Shown here piece after piece: positions 49,463-61,400 of a stretch of 64,000 nt of DNA. Positions within the stretch are counted from its first letter, which is position 1. Each line of letters begins with the position of its first letter. Position numbers and translations under genes: made by a program. The notes beneath the pieces are model-generated. The model had not been told where the DNA came from. It saw only the letters and a list, made by a program, of their open reading frames with translations, and did not search any database. This DNA comes from Neoechinorhynchus agilis (Eukaryota > Animalia > Acanthocephala): NCBI GenBank assembly GCA_051530055.1, contig CM121341.1, forward strand, positions 2,136,638 through 2,200,637. The letters are read 5' to 3'.

Positions 49463-52400
49463 TTATTTCACAACAGAATTTTTAATAAATTTCTCGCAAA
49501 TAATCTTAACGATTCCAAGGCTGGTTTCAGGAGTCAATCTTTTCGATTGCGGATCGAGTTCGTTCCGTACATCGTCCATAGTTTTACCTTCAAGGCCCAT
49601 CCCAATAAGAAATGAAGTTTGTAAGCCGGAGAGCTTAGGACCATGTTGATCAGAACATCCAAAGTAAAACGTAGCCATTTTTACAATTAAATCAAGAACT
49701 GAAGTGTAACTCGATAACGTATTGTTGCTGCAGTAAGCACTCAATCTTTGGTATTCTTTTTTATTCAAACCGAATTTCTCACTTTCGTCGTCTTCGTTTG
49801 TTGACTTTTTAGCCAATAAAGCACACGCCATTCGAACGGGAATTTGACGAAGAGATTCGCATGATAGCAAATAGGAGAATCTTAGTCGAAATCGATTGTT
49901 CCAATTATCGAATCTATCGGAATGTCGCGATAGAGAGCGGCACATGACGCAGGTATGCTCGCCGGTTGATATGTTTGGTGTTTGCCGAATGTAGAGGGGT
50001 TTAAATCCGCATTTAATCGACCAAAATTTTAGTAACTCTTCACCGTTTTATTTTAAAGAGCTAAGAAGGCAAATGAAAATTTGGAATTCTGAGATTTTGC
50101 AAAAATATTATCCGTTTTATAGCGGAAAAAATATATTCGAATTTTTATTAATTGAAATTGAAACAGAGATGAAGATACGTTTTTATTTTTGAGGACAGTT
50201 AAAAGATTCGATATTTGCTTATGCAAGCGTTTTTTTTAATTTTAAATAGATCTCGCAAATTAATTTTTAAAAAAAGAAATTTGCTTGTTAGGACGATTGA
50301 AGCAAATAGGCTAAGCCTGATTTTTTAGGACAATTGGAAGGAAAATTTAAGATTAATCTACATCAGCGATTTCTTATAAACATTAAAGTGAGCTCGAAGA
50401 ATTCGATTTAAGAATTTTATGTAATTAAACGTCATTATCTTAAAAGAAAAATTCAGTAAAAGAATGGATACACGATTCATTCGAAATATTGAAAGAAACT
50501 TACCATAATATCTTTTGTCTAAAAACAAATATTAAAATTATAAAAATGTCGCCCAAATCGAGCTCCGTTCCCTTTGCGCCATAGAAACAATATTAATCGT
50601 AATCACATTTAATAAAATCAACAAAGTTCACAGGATAAATAAAAGATGCCTTGGGATGATCGGTGATTTAATGGTATTAAGAGTGTAAATATGATTGAAA
50701 AATCGTGTGAAATTTACTATTGTTATGAGAAATGATTCCCTACTTTTCAAAGCTACATTATCATACGATTTAAATGGGCCATAGGTATAATTGTGAGAAA
50801 AAGGTAAAAATTACGAATTTTGAAAACGAGCTCACTTTTTTGATGGTATAAATTGTCCGAGGAATTAATAGTTCGATTATTTAAAATAAAACTGCGACTG
50901 AGGCCAATATTCAAAAATTACAAATGTTGAAAACGAGCTCACTTTTTTGATGGTATAAATTGGCCGACTAATTAATAGTTCGATTATTTAAAATAAAACT
51001 GCGACTGAGGCCAATATTTAAAGATAAGAAATGTTGAAAACGAGCTCACTTTTTGATGGTATAAACTGTCCGACTAATTAATAGTTAGATTATTTAAAAT
51101 AAAACTCTGAGGCCAATATTCAAAGATAAGAAATGCTGAAAACGAGCTCACTTTTTGATGGTATAAATTGTCCGAGGAATTAATAGCTCGATTATTTAAA
51201 ATAAAACTCCGACTGAGGCCAAAACTGACGCCTACGTATTGCACATCGTATCCAAATCGAAGCCTAGAGAAAACACAATCAGGCGGTTCGGTATCTTTTC
51301 CTTGATCTCCTTCCAAATGATCTATGAGCAGTTTAACGCTTAACTGGCCATATCCGTTGCGTTGAGCATCGGGATGTGTTGCGATTCTCACGATTCTGGC
51401 ACCCGGAACTTTCACAAAATCGTCATCCGAGAACTGTTGACTGAGAGTGTAAGGAAGGAGATCGCCCGGTCGATTTCCTCGATTTAATAAACTTCCATCA
51501 CTTTTCAACCTACATTTTCCTTCGAGTGCGATCTGGACGACACAAAGAATTTGCATGTTTATCCTAGCCATTAAAACAAACAATCGATGATGAGGCGAGT
51601 CCGCGAGTAATTGAATATCATTTGGAGAATTTTTGTAATGTGCAGAAGCGTAAATACTTATGATAAATCGAAGGATTTTCTCACAGAGTGGATGACCGCT
51701 GAGCAACAGATCGCGATTAACTTCATAAAGTTTGCATTTGTCGTGCGGAGGAAGAGTTCCAAGAGTTTGAAGGCCTTCGTTACAGTCAAGAAAGAGAAGT
51801 TTGTTTAGCCAATGTTCTACTGGGTCGCGTTTACCATACCGAATAGGTTCTTTCAATTTAACATCTAATAAAAGTTTTCGTTTGTTCAGTTCGGTCGCAA
51901 GTTTGAGTGAAAGTGAACGGCCAGTACCTTCGTATCCACTGACGGTAGATGCGAGCATTACGGGACAAGATGATTGGAAAATCAGGTTTTTAACGAATGG
52001 CAAAGGGATTGCGGCAGCTTCGTCTACTTCATCAATTCTCTCAATTGTGTAAGAGAAAAAAAAGAATCAATGAACTACCACGATTAAATCCGGCATTAGA
52101 CCATCCAACATAACCTTATCGAATTCGGTAGCTTGTGCTTCGACGTATTGAACAACAACTGACCGTGATTTCAGTTCGACACGAGTGATTGTAGCTGGAG
52201 TTTCTTTAGCTAAAGCTTCATCCACGTTTGATGGAATAGGTCGCGTACTCGTGATCTCAAAATCCTTTGTTTTTTCCAATCCAATCTTCTCGAGACTAAA
52301 GACAAGAAACTCAAAGAAAGTCGATAAATTGTACGGACTTGGAGCGCTGACTATAATCTTCTTGAATCTTTTTTTAAGTTCTTGAAGAACTACAAGACAC

Positions 52401-53221
52401 GCCAGTGATATTCCCATAAGTGCGGATTTGCCTCGACCGCGTCCAGCGATAATAAACGCAGTTTTGACCTCAAGGTGGTTCTCGTCGAAGTTGTTGATTA
52501 TATCTACAAATGCTTTTAATTGGCATTCCGTCTTACACAATTCGAGAAACTGTCTAATATTCACGTTAGCATTTTCAATTAAACCATCCAGCGATGTGTT
52601 TTGTAGTTTGGGTGGTTTCAGTTTTAATGCTGGTGTAAAAGGCAATGGATCAAGAGTATCTGTCAGTAAAAGAACACAGTCCTCGCATCGTTGAAGACTT
52701 TTTAGAAACCGTCGACTAAACCTTGATTGAGTTTGATCGATGATGAATAATCGATGATCTGGAACGATTAGAACGCAAATGCCGCCACCTGATACAGTCT
52801 CGATCGTCCTTGCAAGAAGATTAGCATTTAGACCTTCAAAATCTTGGAGGACGAGCATTTCAAATGTCTGACCAAGAATGCGTTCCGTTTCTCGATAATA
52901 ACACCACCTTATTTGAGTCGAAGCCACGAATAAATGAAACGGATCATTTGCTGACATTTCATTGGCTACACTTCCTACTGTTTTTAGCCGTTTTTGGATC
53001 CTTCGCATTCGTTTCATTCGATGAGTCGAAAATCCGAGCTCTTTGTCGTAACACCAAAGCACTCGTGGACGACGATCCAACATTGCTTTGGAAAGCATGT
53101 AGTGGATAATGACCACTTGATCTTTAGCTCGTTTTCCACATACGACAAAAATACTACGGTGATGAGACGCAACTCCGTGTTCAATGAGAGCACGAAGACG
53201 TCGATCCAATATCTTTTTCAT
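49463..53221 (-). CDS. NAT10: RNA cytidine acetyltransferase NAT10/Kre33 (3 exons, ~845 aa)
   Basis: Exons 53221-52077, 52025-51215 and 50044-49463 sum to 2538 nt in frame. Motifs: RVLWCYDKELGFSTHR, LVLQDFEGL, AGRGRGKSA, VDEAAAIPLP, STVSGYEGTGRSLSLKL, HYKNSPND, RIVRIATHP, GVSFGL/EELLKFW...YIRQ...TGEH, C-terminal tRNA-binding-like domain. Confidence 0.95.
50800..51222 (-). repeat. ~107-bp tandem repeat (about 4 copies) at the start of NAT10 intron 2
   Basis: Unit TTGGCCTCAGTCGCAGTTTTATTTTAAATAATCG...GTGAGCTCGTTTTCAAC...GAATA; GGCC anchors at ~51220, 51113, 51012 and 50904. Confidence 0.92.
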
Positions 53222-53324
53222 GAGTTCAACTAGCAAAAAAGAGGACTAAAACCAAGGAAATGCGGACTATGACGTCGTTGTCCACGGAAGAATTCATATA
53301 GGTCTTTGCCATTTGTAACGATGC

Positions 53325-53375
53325 ATGTGCGCTGATTGGCTAACTCTTTCTAATGCGTGCGTGCTGATTGGCTAT
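53325..53375 (-). promoter_or_regulatory. Two CCAAT-box motifs upstream of NAT10
   Basis: GCTGATTGGC twice on + (GCCAATCAGC on -), ~110-150 bp upstream of the ATG. Confidence 0.45.
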
Positions 53376-53584
53376 AGGTAACGTTGGAATGGTCCAGCGA
53401 ATTCTTTATTGCGCTAGCTGAGGATTCTGAAGAATGCGCTTACAGTGCTTTTTTTGAAACTGATTTTATCCGCTTCTTTAACCCCAAGAACTCAGTCGTC
53501 TAAGCGATGTTCAAAATTAAATACACCTAATCCAATATAATAATGCTTTTTTAAACATCTAAGCGGAAACATCTTTATCGTCCA

Positions 53585-53745
53585 TTGTTGTTACGACCAA
53601 CAATTTTTAAAAACATTGATTAAAAATTCTGCTTGGTCCGACGGCACCAATTGTCTCAATGGCGATATATTTTTGAAAATGTAGAGCAAGACGGATCGAG
53701 GTGTTTCTATTTCTCCCTTTTTCACCACTTCACCGGTTCTTGAAA
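53585..53745 (+). repeat. ~160-bp dispersed repeat
   Basis: Matches ~43835-43995 directly and ~7087-7250 inverted. Confidence 0.85.
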
Positions 53746-55039
53746 GTTTAAGGGACAAGTTGACCGTAGTAATCGTATTCTTGCAGGTGAAATCCTAAGG
53801 AGATGGACTCTTTCCAACGGAACTGTTGATGCGCCCTCCTTACTTTTCCCGTCATCTCTACTAAAAATGACTGAGTCGATGAGAGATGGAATGCTAAAGC
53901 ATTACGTTTTGGAGTATTTAGATCATAAATGGCCATTGTTTTGGAGCAATCGAGTCCGTGGGATCCATTGATATCCCTCATGGCACCACATTTTTGCATG
54001 TCGCAGGGATTGGATACGCCTAAAGGCAGTGTCGAAACTATGCCAAATGAAACAGTCATCAATTTTAGTACCGATCGGCGAGATCCGTAAAGCGTTTAGG
54101 AAAACTACCGAACCATTTGGTTGAAGCAGCGAATAACAAACGAGGTTTTGGAATTCCTGCTCAAATCAGAACTCTGACCAACGTATACTAAGGACAATCG
54201 TTTGACGAATAATTTTCTAATGCACTATTCACAAATTATCTATTTTAGTATCTTCCGGTAGCTTTAAATTAGCCAACCTCAAAAATATTAAATGGTTGCT
54301 TTTGGCGACTGCAGTGATGCCGTTTTGTGATCGTGATTTTAAACTGTTTATTAAAACGCAACCTTCTCAATCAGATCTCATTTGTCGCCTAAGATAAAAT
54401 AAATTTATTTTGTGCATGATGATACTAAAATTGCTGAGGATACGTGGCGACGTCGAAGTGTTAAACTTGTATATTCTCTGAACGTCTCAATCGCTGTTTT
54501 CGGATTTTCCTTATTGATCCGGGAATTGTGATAAGCTACAATTATTTCAAAAAATATTTAAGAGAAATAATAAATTTGCCATAAAGTAAAAACGAATGAT
54601 TTTTAGACGTAAGATGATCCAATGACTAAGAAATCATCAAGTTTATTAGGCAGTAAAATAAAACCTCCAGACGACTGTGGCAAGTTTTTATATTTTTGAA
54701 ATTTTTTTTGTAAAACGTCTTCATAATGTCCTAAAATCGAAAACAAAATTCAGTGTAATCGAACTTTTTACACTCGCTCCTATACCTTCAGAATCGTATA
54801 TAGAAAAATTAAAAATAGAATTTTGAAACGGTAGTTCAGGGGGTTTCGCTCTTAAAAAATCATTCAAACGCAATCTGCTGACAATTTAAAAAGAATGGTT
54901 TTCTTAATTAGGAGAATTCTGATGACAAAATTTACGACTTTTCAGTATTTGTCCTCATTATTCGCATGCATGTGAATGATTTCACTTTTGGGAAAAGTAC
55001 AACTTAAGCGACTATTTTAATTTAGAATTAGTTTTTAGT

Positions 55040-55200
55040 CCTGCTTGGTCATAGCTCTTGCCTTCAAAATTGAAATTCGTATTCCTCGTTCAGATTCAGT
55101 TAAGTTGCAGGCTTCTATATTGCGTTGAAGTATGGGAATGGCAAGGTTGATTGCTGAGTCCAATGGAACGTTTGTGAATAGAGACTTGACATCAGCAGAA
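55040..55200 (-). mobile_element. Penelope-like RT fragment
   Basis: SADVKSLFTNVPLDSAINL matches the PLE RT motif S.DV.SLFTNVP...AI. Confidence 0.75.
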
Positions 55201-55542
55201 ATTATTCTATATTCTGCACAAATTTCTACGCCAATATGAAAATCGCAAACTGCCTAAGCATTTTTACGGACGTAGAACTTAATATTGAAAGGTAATGTAA
55301 GAATGACAATGATTTCCGATTTTCATGGCCAAAATATTCACTCTTTGAACCTAAATTTGTTCTTATCTGCATGGAATACTGAAATTTCCTGCTTCCAAAA
55401 TTAGATGCTTTTTAAAGTTATTGCACGTCATAAGTCAATGTGAAAAGATAAAAAAACGCAATTCTGACTCATTTGAAAAAAAGAGGAACGTATCGCGTTT
55501 TTACACATGGAAAAACTTGAGAATTTCGGTTCACTATAAAAC

Positions 55543-56013
55543 ATGGCTGACCAATCACAGGACGTAAAAAATAGCGAACAGGAACTTGTAACAGCATTTG
55601 AAAGGCTTGATAAGGACAAAAGCAGTTGGATTGACAAAAACGAGTTTACTTCAGTATTGACGGATTTGGGGTGGAATGTGAAAAGGTCAGAAGTTGAACA
55701 AATGTTTGATTTTATCGACAAAAATCGGGATGGAAAACTAGATTTCGAAGAGTTCAGAAAGGCCGCCAGGATCGTGAAGCCTCACGTAGACAATATAGAA
55801 CGTAATGCTACGAAGGACCTTTTTGAACAACTCGACACTGACAAGAGCGGAAAACTTGACTTTTTAGAGGTTCAACGAGGTCTCACTAAAATGGGTTTAA
55901 AGATGTCCAATGATGATTTAAATCACCTGTTCGACGTTATGGACGTAGACAAGAGTGGACACATCGATTTTGAGGAGTTCTGCAAAGTCGTTCATATCGC
56001 GAAGATTGCGTAA
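55543..56013 (+). CDS. Calmodulin-like protein, four EF-hands, intronless (156 aa)
   Basis: Loops DKDKSSWIDKNE, DKNRDGKLDFEE, DTDKSGKLDFLE, DVDKSGHIDFEE; ATG to TAA with AATAAACAATAA downstream. Confidence 0.92.
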   Translation: MADQSQDVKNSEQELVTAFERLDKDKSSWIDKNEFTSVLTDLGWNVKRSEVEQMFDFIDKNRDGKLDFEEFRKAARIVKPHVDNIERNATKDLFEQLDTDKSGKLDFLEVQRGLTKMGLKMSNDDLNHLFDVMDVDKSGHIDFEEFCKVVHIAKIA

Positions 56014-56323
56014 AATTTTGTTAGAATTAAGCGTTAGCAATAAACAATAATCGACGGAAGTTGCTTAGTTTTTATCTATCACTCGAAAATGTTCAAAACT
56101 TTTTTCTTCAACTCAATCGCCTCAAATGATCGTGTTTCTTAAATTTGACATTCGGGAATTTTTATCTTATGGATCGAATTATGCTTTTTGAACACTAAAA
56201 ATGGGTGAAAACGTTCAGTCTCAATTTAAGCAACGAAACACAAAGACAAAAATAATATTTTGTTGAAATGTAAATAAAAGTGACCGGAAAGTTTTATACT
56301 TTATTTGAAGTGCTTTTTGCACA

Positions 56324-57212
56324 TTAAATTCTAGTAATATGTTCTTGAGAATTTAAAGAATCCATTTCGATCGAATCAGAATCGTTCCATTTTTGGAAAA
56401 TCCGAATTGGTTTTTCATCGGCAAAATCCTTTATTAATGGCTCGAAAGCTTCTATGACTTGTTCCATATTTGAGATATTTTTTGAAAACGGATCGACAGC
56501 AGAATTCGTTCTAAATGTTCTAAATTTTTTGGCGAAAAATTGTCAGCTAAAAAATGGCTAACCTTCTCTGACGCTTTGATCGCCCAGCAATGAATCCGTC
56601 GCCAAATAATCGAAATAAATTCGTGCCCAGGATGAACGTAGCAATTTGCGAAGCCATAACGGAAATAATCGAAATTAAACCACATGCAATCGATAAATAA
56701 AATGTATAGCAGAATTGATGAGATTTTTCTTTCACAAAAAATACGAAGAATCCCATTCCGAAAGCGTGGCAGGTCACTGAAAAATAAACGGATTAAACGG
56801 AAGGCCGATTTTAAAAGTTTACTTACAAGAGATTTGTCCAAGGACCGAGGAAACTTGCAGCCACAAGATCCGCACTCGTCCTTGGGATACAAAATGAAAT
56901 ACGGCCATAAGAAAAGCCGCAATTTCGAATCCGGCGCTCATAACCAGCAACGTGCCTATTAGTTTTCCTAACGAAAGGAATTTTATAAAAGAAACAAGAA
57001 GGAAACTTACTTTCAATGAGAAGGAAGTAAATCGGAGGCAAAAGCGATGTCTTATTTCTGTATGAATGGCCGAAGATTCCAATGGCGAAATTCGTATTTG
57101 GAACTCGCGTCCACGGATGATGGTTGCATATTGAAATCCAGCTTAAAATTGAAGTAACAAAGAACAACATCGCAATTGCGAAACTCAATGCTTTGAACGT
57201 TGTAGGATTCAT
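56324..57212 (-). CDS. Claudin/PMP22-like tetraspan protein, 4 exons, 247 aa (copy 1)
   Basis: Exons 57212-57011, 56967-56827, 56776-56563, 56510-56324 with GT-AG introns of 43, 50 and 52 nt join in frame (744 nt). Four hydrophobic segments; W...GIF in loop 1; FCYTFYLSIA before TM4. Confidence 0.75.
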
Positions 57213-57424
57213 TAGGTGCTATCGATAAATCTGTAGGAGTTTGGGATGGATGCAAGATATTCTTAAGTAACACTCGTTTCAGACTACAAGCATTTTCCGC
57301 CCAAATATGTTTTTCTTATTGTTTGGAGTTTTGAAGGCAAACAAAAAACATTTATTGTTTATCTTGTTTTTCCCCAAAAAAACACCATGTTTCGAAAAAC
57401 ATAATTTAACCAATAAATATAATT

Positions 57425-57680
57425 TCAGTTTCAATTAGCGATGTTTGATTCAGAAAATAGATTTATATTGAAAATTTTCGGCCTTTTCGTTGGCCTTCTT
57501 CAGTCAATCCACAATTTAAAAGAAGCATTTTCAAATAGTTTATCCGGTGGGACTCGCAGACTGAGTTTATAGTCAACTATTTGACAATGCTTCTTTTGAA
57601 TTGTAGATTGACTGAAGAAGGCCAACGAAAAGGCTGAAAATGTTCATTTCTGAATCAAACATCGCTAATTGAAACTGAAA
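57425..57680. repeat. Foldback element, family HH-B
   Basis: ~100-bp imperfect inverted arms. Minus strand 57467-57508: ATTGA-CTGAAGA-A-GGCC-AACGAAAA-GGCC-GAA-AA-TT-T-TCAAT. Confidence 0.8.
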
Positions 57681-57899
57681 CTATAATGAATAATTTCTTT
57701 ACAATAAAAAATATAAAGCGGTCATTATTTTTATGATCGCTGATTAAATGTTTGTTTTCAAACTTGAAATACTTAATTCCTTCAATAGAAAAAACATTTT
57801 GCTGGCACGAGTATTCCTTAATAAAACGAACGATTATTAGTTTAACGGTAATTCTTTATTTTTTCGGCAAAAAGAATTTATAATGGGTTAGCGCCGCCG

Positions 57900-58100
57900 G
57901 TCTGGATCACTCTGCTGCCATCCTGGTGCAACGCTCCAAATTACGGACGCAGCGTTCCTTTCCGTTTCAAAGCCAAGCTTTTGTTTTGTAGGAGGAATGC
58001 TCCTGATCTCGGATCGCCAGTGATTCGTTTAAGTCTCTTGGACATTTGATTGACCAGGCCGACCAGAGAATCTCGACCCCAAAGGGAACGAAATAATGAT
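57900..58100 (-). mobile_element. CRE-clade 3'-end fragment
   Basis: SKRLKRITGDPRSGAFLLQ..SLA..R. Confidence 0.6.
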
Positions 58101-58429
58101 TTCGACCGAGGTCCTTGAATTTGGTTTTTTGCCATCTTCAGCGAAAGCAAAAATGTAAAAAATAGGGACGTGCTCATTTGTGAGCCTTTCCGGATAAATA
58201 ATAAGCTCATGTTTTTAGCTATTTCATCAAAAATGATTTATTTTTGATGTATGGCCAGTCGGTAGCTTTTCAGATGTGTGATTGAAAAATTATTCAGGGT
58301 TACCGGATTAACGACGGGTCCGGCTAAAGAAGCGAATCGATTTCAAAATACTAATCGGCACCCTGTACGTAGTTTCATTTTCCGGGAGAAGCAGGGAAGT
58401 GAACGATTAGATGAGGAGATAAATCGAAA

Positions 58430-61400
58430 TTCTTGGCATTCTGATGGAAAGGAGGGAAGGCTGGAGAATTAGGCGACGGATTTGAACTGTTCTATAGTGG
58501 AGGAGCAAGTGGTAGGAACGGAGTGGGCGTCATAGTATCAAAGGATCTAGTGGACAACGTCGTAGAGGCGACACGAACAAGCGATCGGGTGATGGCGCTG
58601 AAGGTAAGCGTTAACGGCGCAGCCAGAACTATAGTTTCTGCGTACGCCCCACGAGTCGGCTGTAGTGAAGAGGAGAAGGAGGAATTTTGGCTTGATTTGT
58701 CGCAAGTTACAAAGCCTAGGGAGGGTCGATGAGTGATAACCGGAACGGACAAGTGGGACGGAGAGATGAATACGAGCGAATTCATGGAGGACACAGTGTA
58801 GGATCAAGGAACGCCGAGGATGTAAGACTGTTGGATTATACAACAGCGTTGGAGTTGCGTATTTCGAATACTTAATTTCAAAAAAGCCCCACGGCACCTA
58901 CACACATACTCAAGTGGTGGAAGATCAAATCAATTTTATTTTGAACCCGATAGCGAAGTGGAGCAAAGTCTGGAATGTCAAGATAATACTAGGAGAGGAG
59001 TGTGCGATGCAACATAGAGTGCTCGAGATGGACCTCAATATTCGAGGGAAAGCCAAACAGCCGACAACGAGCATTGCGCCGAAAATCAAGTGGTGCAGGC
59101 TAAAGGATCCTATACAGAAGGAAAAGATTAAAATGGTGCTTACCCAGAAATTGGGCTAGAATGTGGCTGAACTGGAACTCTGGTGGAATGAGACAGCCGA
59201 AGTGATTCGTAGTGAAGCAAAGAACATCCTGGGAATGACCTCGGGGAAACCTCCACCCAAAACAAAGAAGCGAGGTGGTGCAATGTAGCCGTCAAGGACG
59301 CAATCAGTCTGAAAAAGTCAGCCCGGAAAAGATTGGATTTTGACGCTTCGGCCTCGAATGCAGACTCTTACAAACAGGCAAAACGGAAGGCCGCACGAGA
59401 ATGCGCTAAAGCCAAGAAGGAAGCTGATAACGACCTGTTTGAACAATTACAGCGAAGGAGTTGTATAGATATGGCCTTCAGGTTGGCCAAAGTCAGGGAT
59501 AAAAAATCGCGGGAAATCGTGCACTTCCAAATGATCAGTGATACTCAAGGTAAGACGCTGGACCAATGCAAGGACATTTTGGATAAGTGGAAGGAATATT
59601 TCAACACTCTGCTGAACACTGAGAATGAACGACTGCCTCTAGAGGACGTACATTCAAATGTCAATATGACGAGGCCGTAGTCGTACGATGAGGTGGCTGC
59701 ACAGCTCAAGAAAATGAAGACTGGTAGGAACGCCGGTCCAGATAACATTCCGATCGAGTTGTTGCGATCCCTCGGAGTCCTCGGAATAAAGTTGCTCACG
59801 GGGCCCTTTCAGAAGAGAGATTTGGAATAAAAGATCCCATCGGAATGGTAGGGAAGCATATTGATACTGATCTTCAAAGGCAAAGGAGATGTTCTGTAGC
59901 GTAGGAGCTACCGGGGAATCAAAATCATGTCTCACACAATGAAACTGTGCGAACGAGTGATCGATCACAGGATTAGAGAGAATATCAGAATCAGCGAGGA
60001 CCAACGAGGATTCATGCCCGCACAATCGACGCAATATTCGTGCCAAGGCAGCTGTATGAGAGGTTCAGTGCCCGTTGCACAGTGTGTTAGTCAATTTGGA
60101 AGGGCATACGACACGGTCCCTCGAGATTTGGTTTGGGCATTCCTCATGAAGGACATTTTGGATAAGTGGAAGGAATATTTCAACACTCTGCTGAACACTG
60201 AGAATCAACGATTGCCTCTAGAGGACGTACATTCAAATGTCAATATGACGAGGCCGTAGTCGTACGATGAGGTGGCTGCACAGCTCAAGAAAATGAAGAC
60301 TGGTAGGAACGCCGGTCCAGATAACATTCCGATCGAGTTGTTGCGATCCCTCGGAGTCCTCGGAATAAAGTTGCTCACGGGGCCCTTTCAGAAGAGAGAT
60401 TTGGAATAAAAGATCCCATCGGAATGGTAGGGAAGCATATTGATACTGATCTTCAAAGGCAAAGGAGATGTTCTGTAGCGTAGGAGCTACCGGGGAATCA
60501 AAATCATGCCTCACACAATGAAACTGTGCGAACGAGTGATCGATCACAGGATTAGAGAGAATATCAGAATCAGCGAGGACCAACGAGGATTCATGCCCGC
60601 ACAATCGACGCAATATTCGTGCCAAGGCAGCTGTATGAGAGGTTCAGTGCCCGTTGCACAGTGTGTTAGTCAATTTGGAAGGGCATACGACACGGTCCCT
60701 CGAGATTTGGTTTGGGCATTCCTCATGAAGGACATTTTGGATAAGTGGAAGGAATATTTCAACACTCTGGAACACTGAGAATGAACGACTGCCTCAACGT
60801 ACATTCAAATGTCAATATGACGAGGCCGTAGTCGTACGATGAGGTGGCTGCACAGCTCAGAAAATGAAGACTGGTAGGAACGCCGGTCAGATAACATTCC
60901 GATCGAGTTGTTGCGATCCCTCGGAGTCCTCGGAATAAAGTTGCTCACGGGGCCCTTTCAGAAGAGAGATTTGGAATAAAAGATCCCATCGGAATGGTAG
61001 GGAAGCATATTGATACTGATCTTCAAAGGCAAAGGAGATGTTCTGTAGCGTAGGAGCTACCGGGGAATCAAAATCATGTCTCACACAATGAAACTGTGCG
61101 AACGAGTGATCGATCACAGGATTAGAGAGAATATCAGAATCAGCGAGGACCAACGAGGATTCATGCCCGATTCGTACCCCGCACAATCGACACCAATATT
61201 CCGTGTAGAGCAGCTGTATGAGAGGTTCAGTGCCCGTTGCAGTGTCGTCAATTTGGAAGGGCATACGACACGGTCCCTCGAGATTTGGTGTGGGCATTCC
61301 TCATGAAGGACATTTTGGATAAGTGGAAGGAATATTTCAACACTCTGCTGAACACTGAGAATGAACGACTGCCTCTAGAAAACGTACATTCGAATGTCAA

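Noticed and set aside
53750-53830. GQVDRSNRIL as an integrase fragment
   Set aside because: Single short motif with no supporting flanks; too weak to annotate.
56452-56962. ORFs of 156 aa (-) and 92 aa (+) as independent genes (also at 62209-62719)
   Set aside because: They run through introns or antisense of the claudin-like gene, which has a better-supported spliced model.
59654-61297. Repeated 130-aa minus-strand ORFs
   Set aside because: Antisense shadows of the tandemly repeated RTE RT segment.
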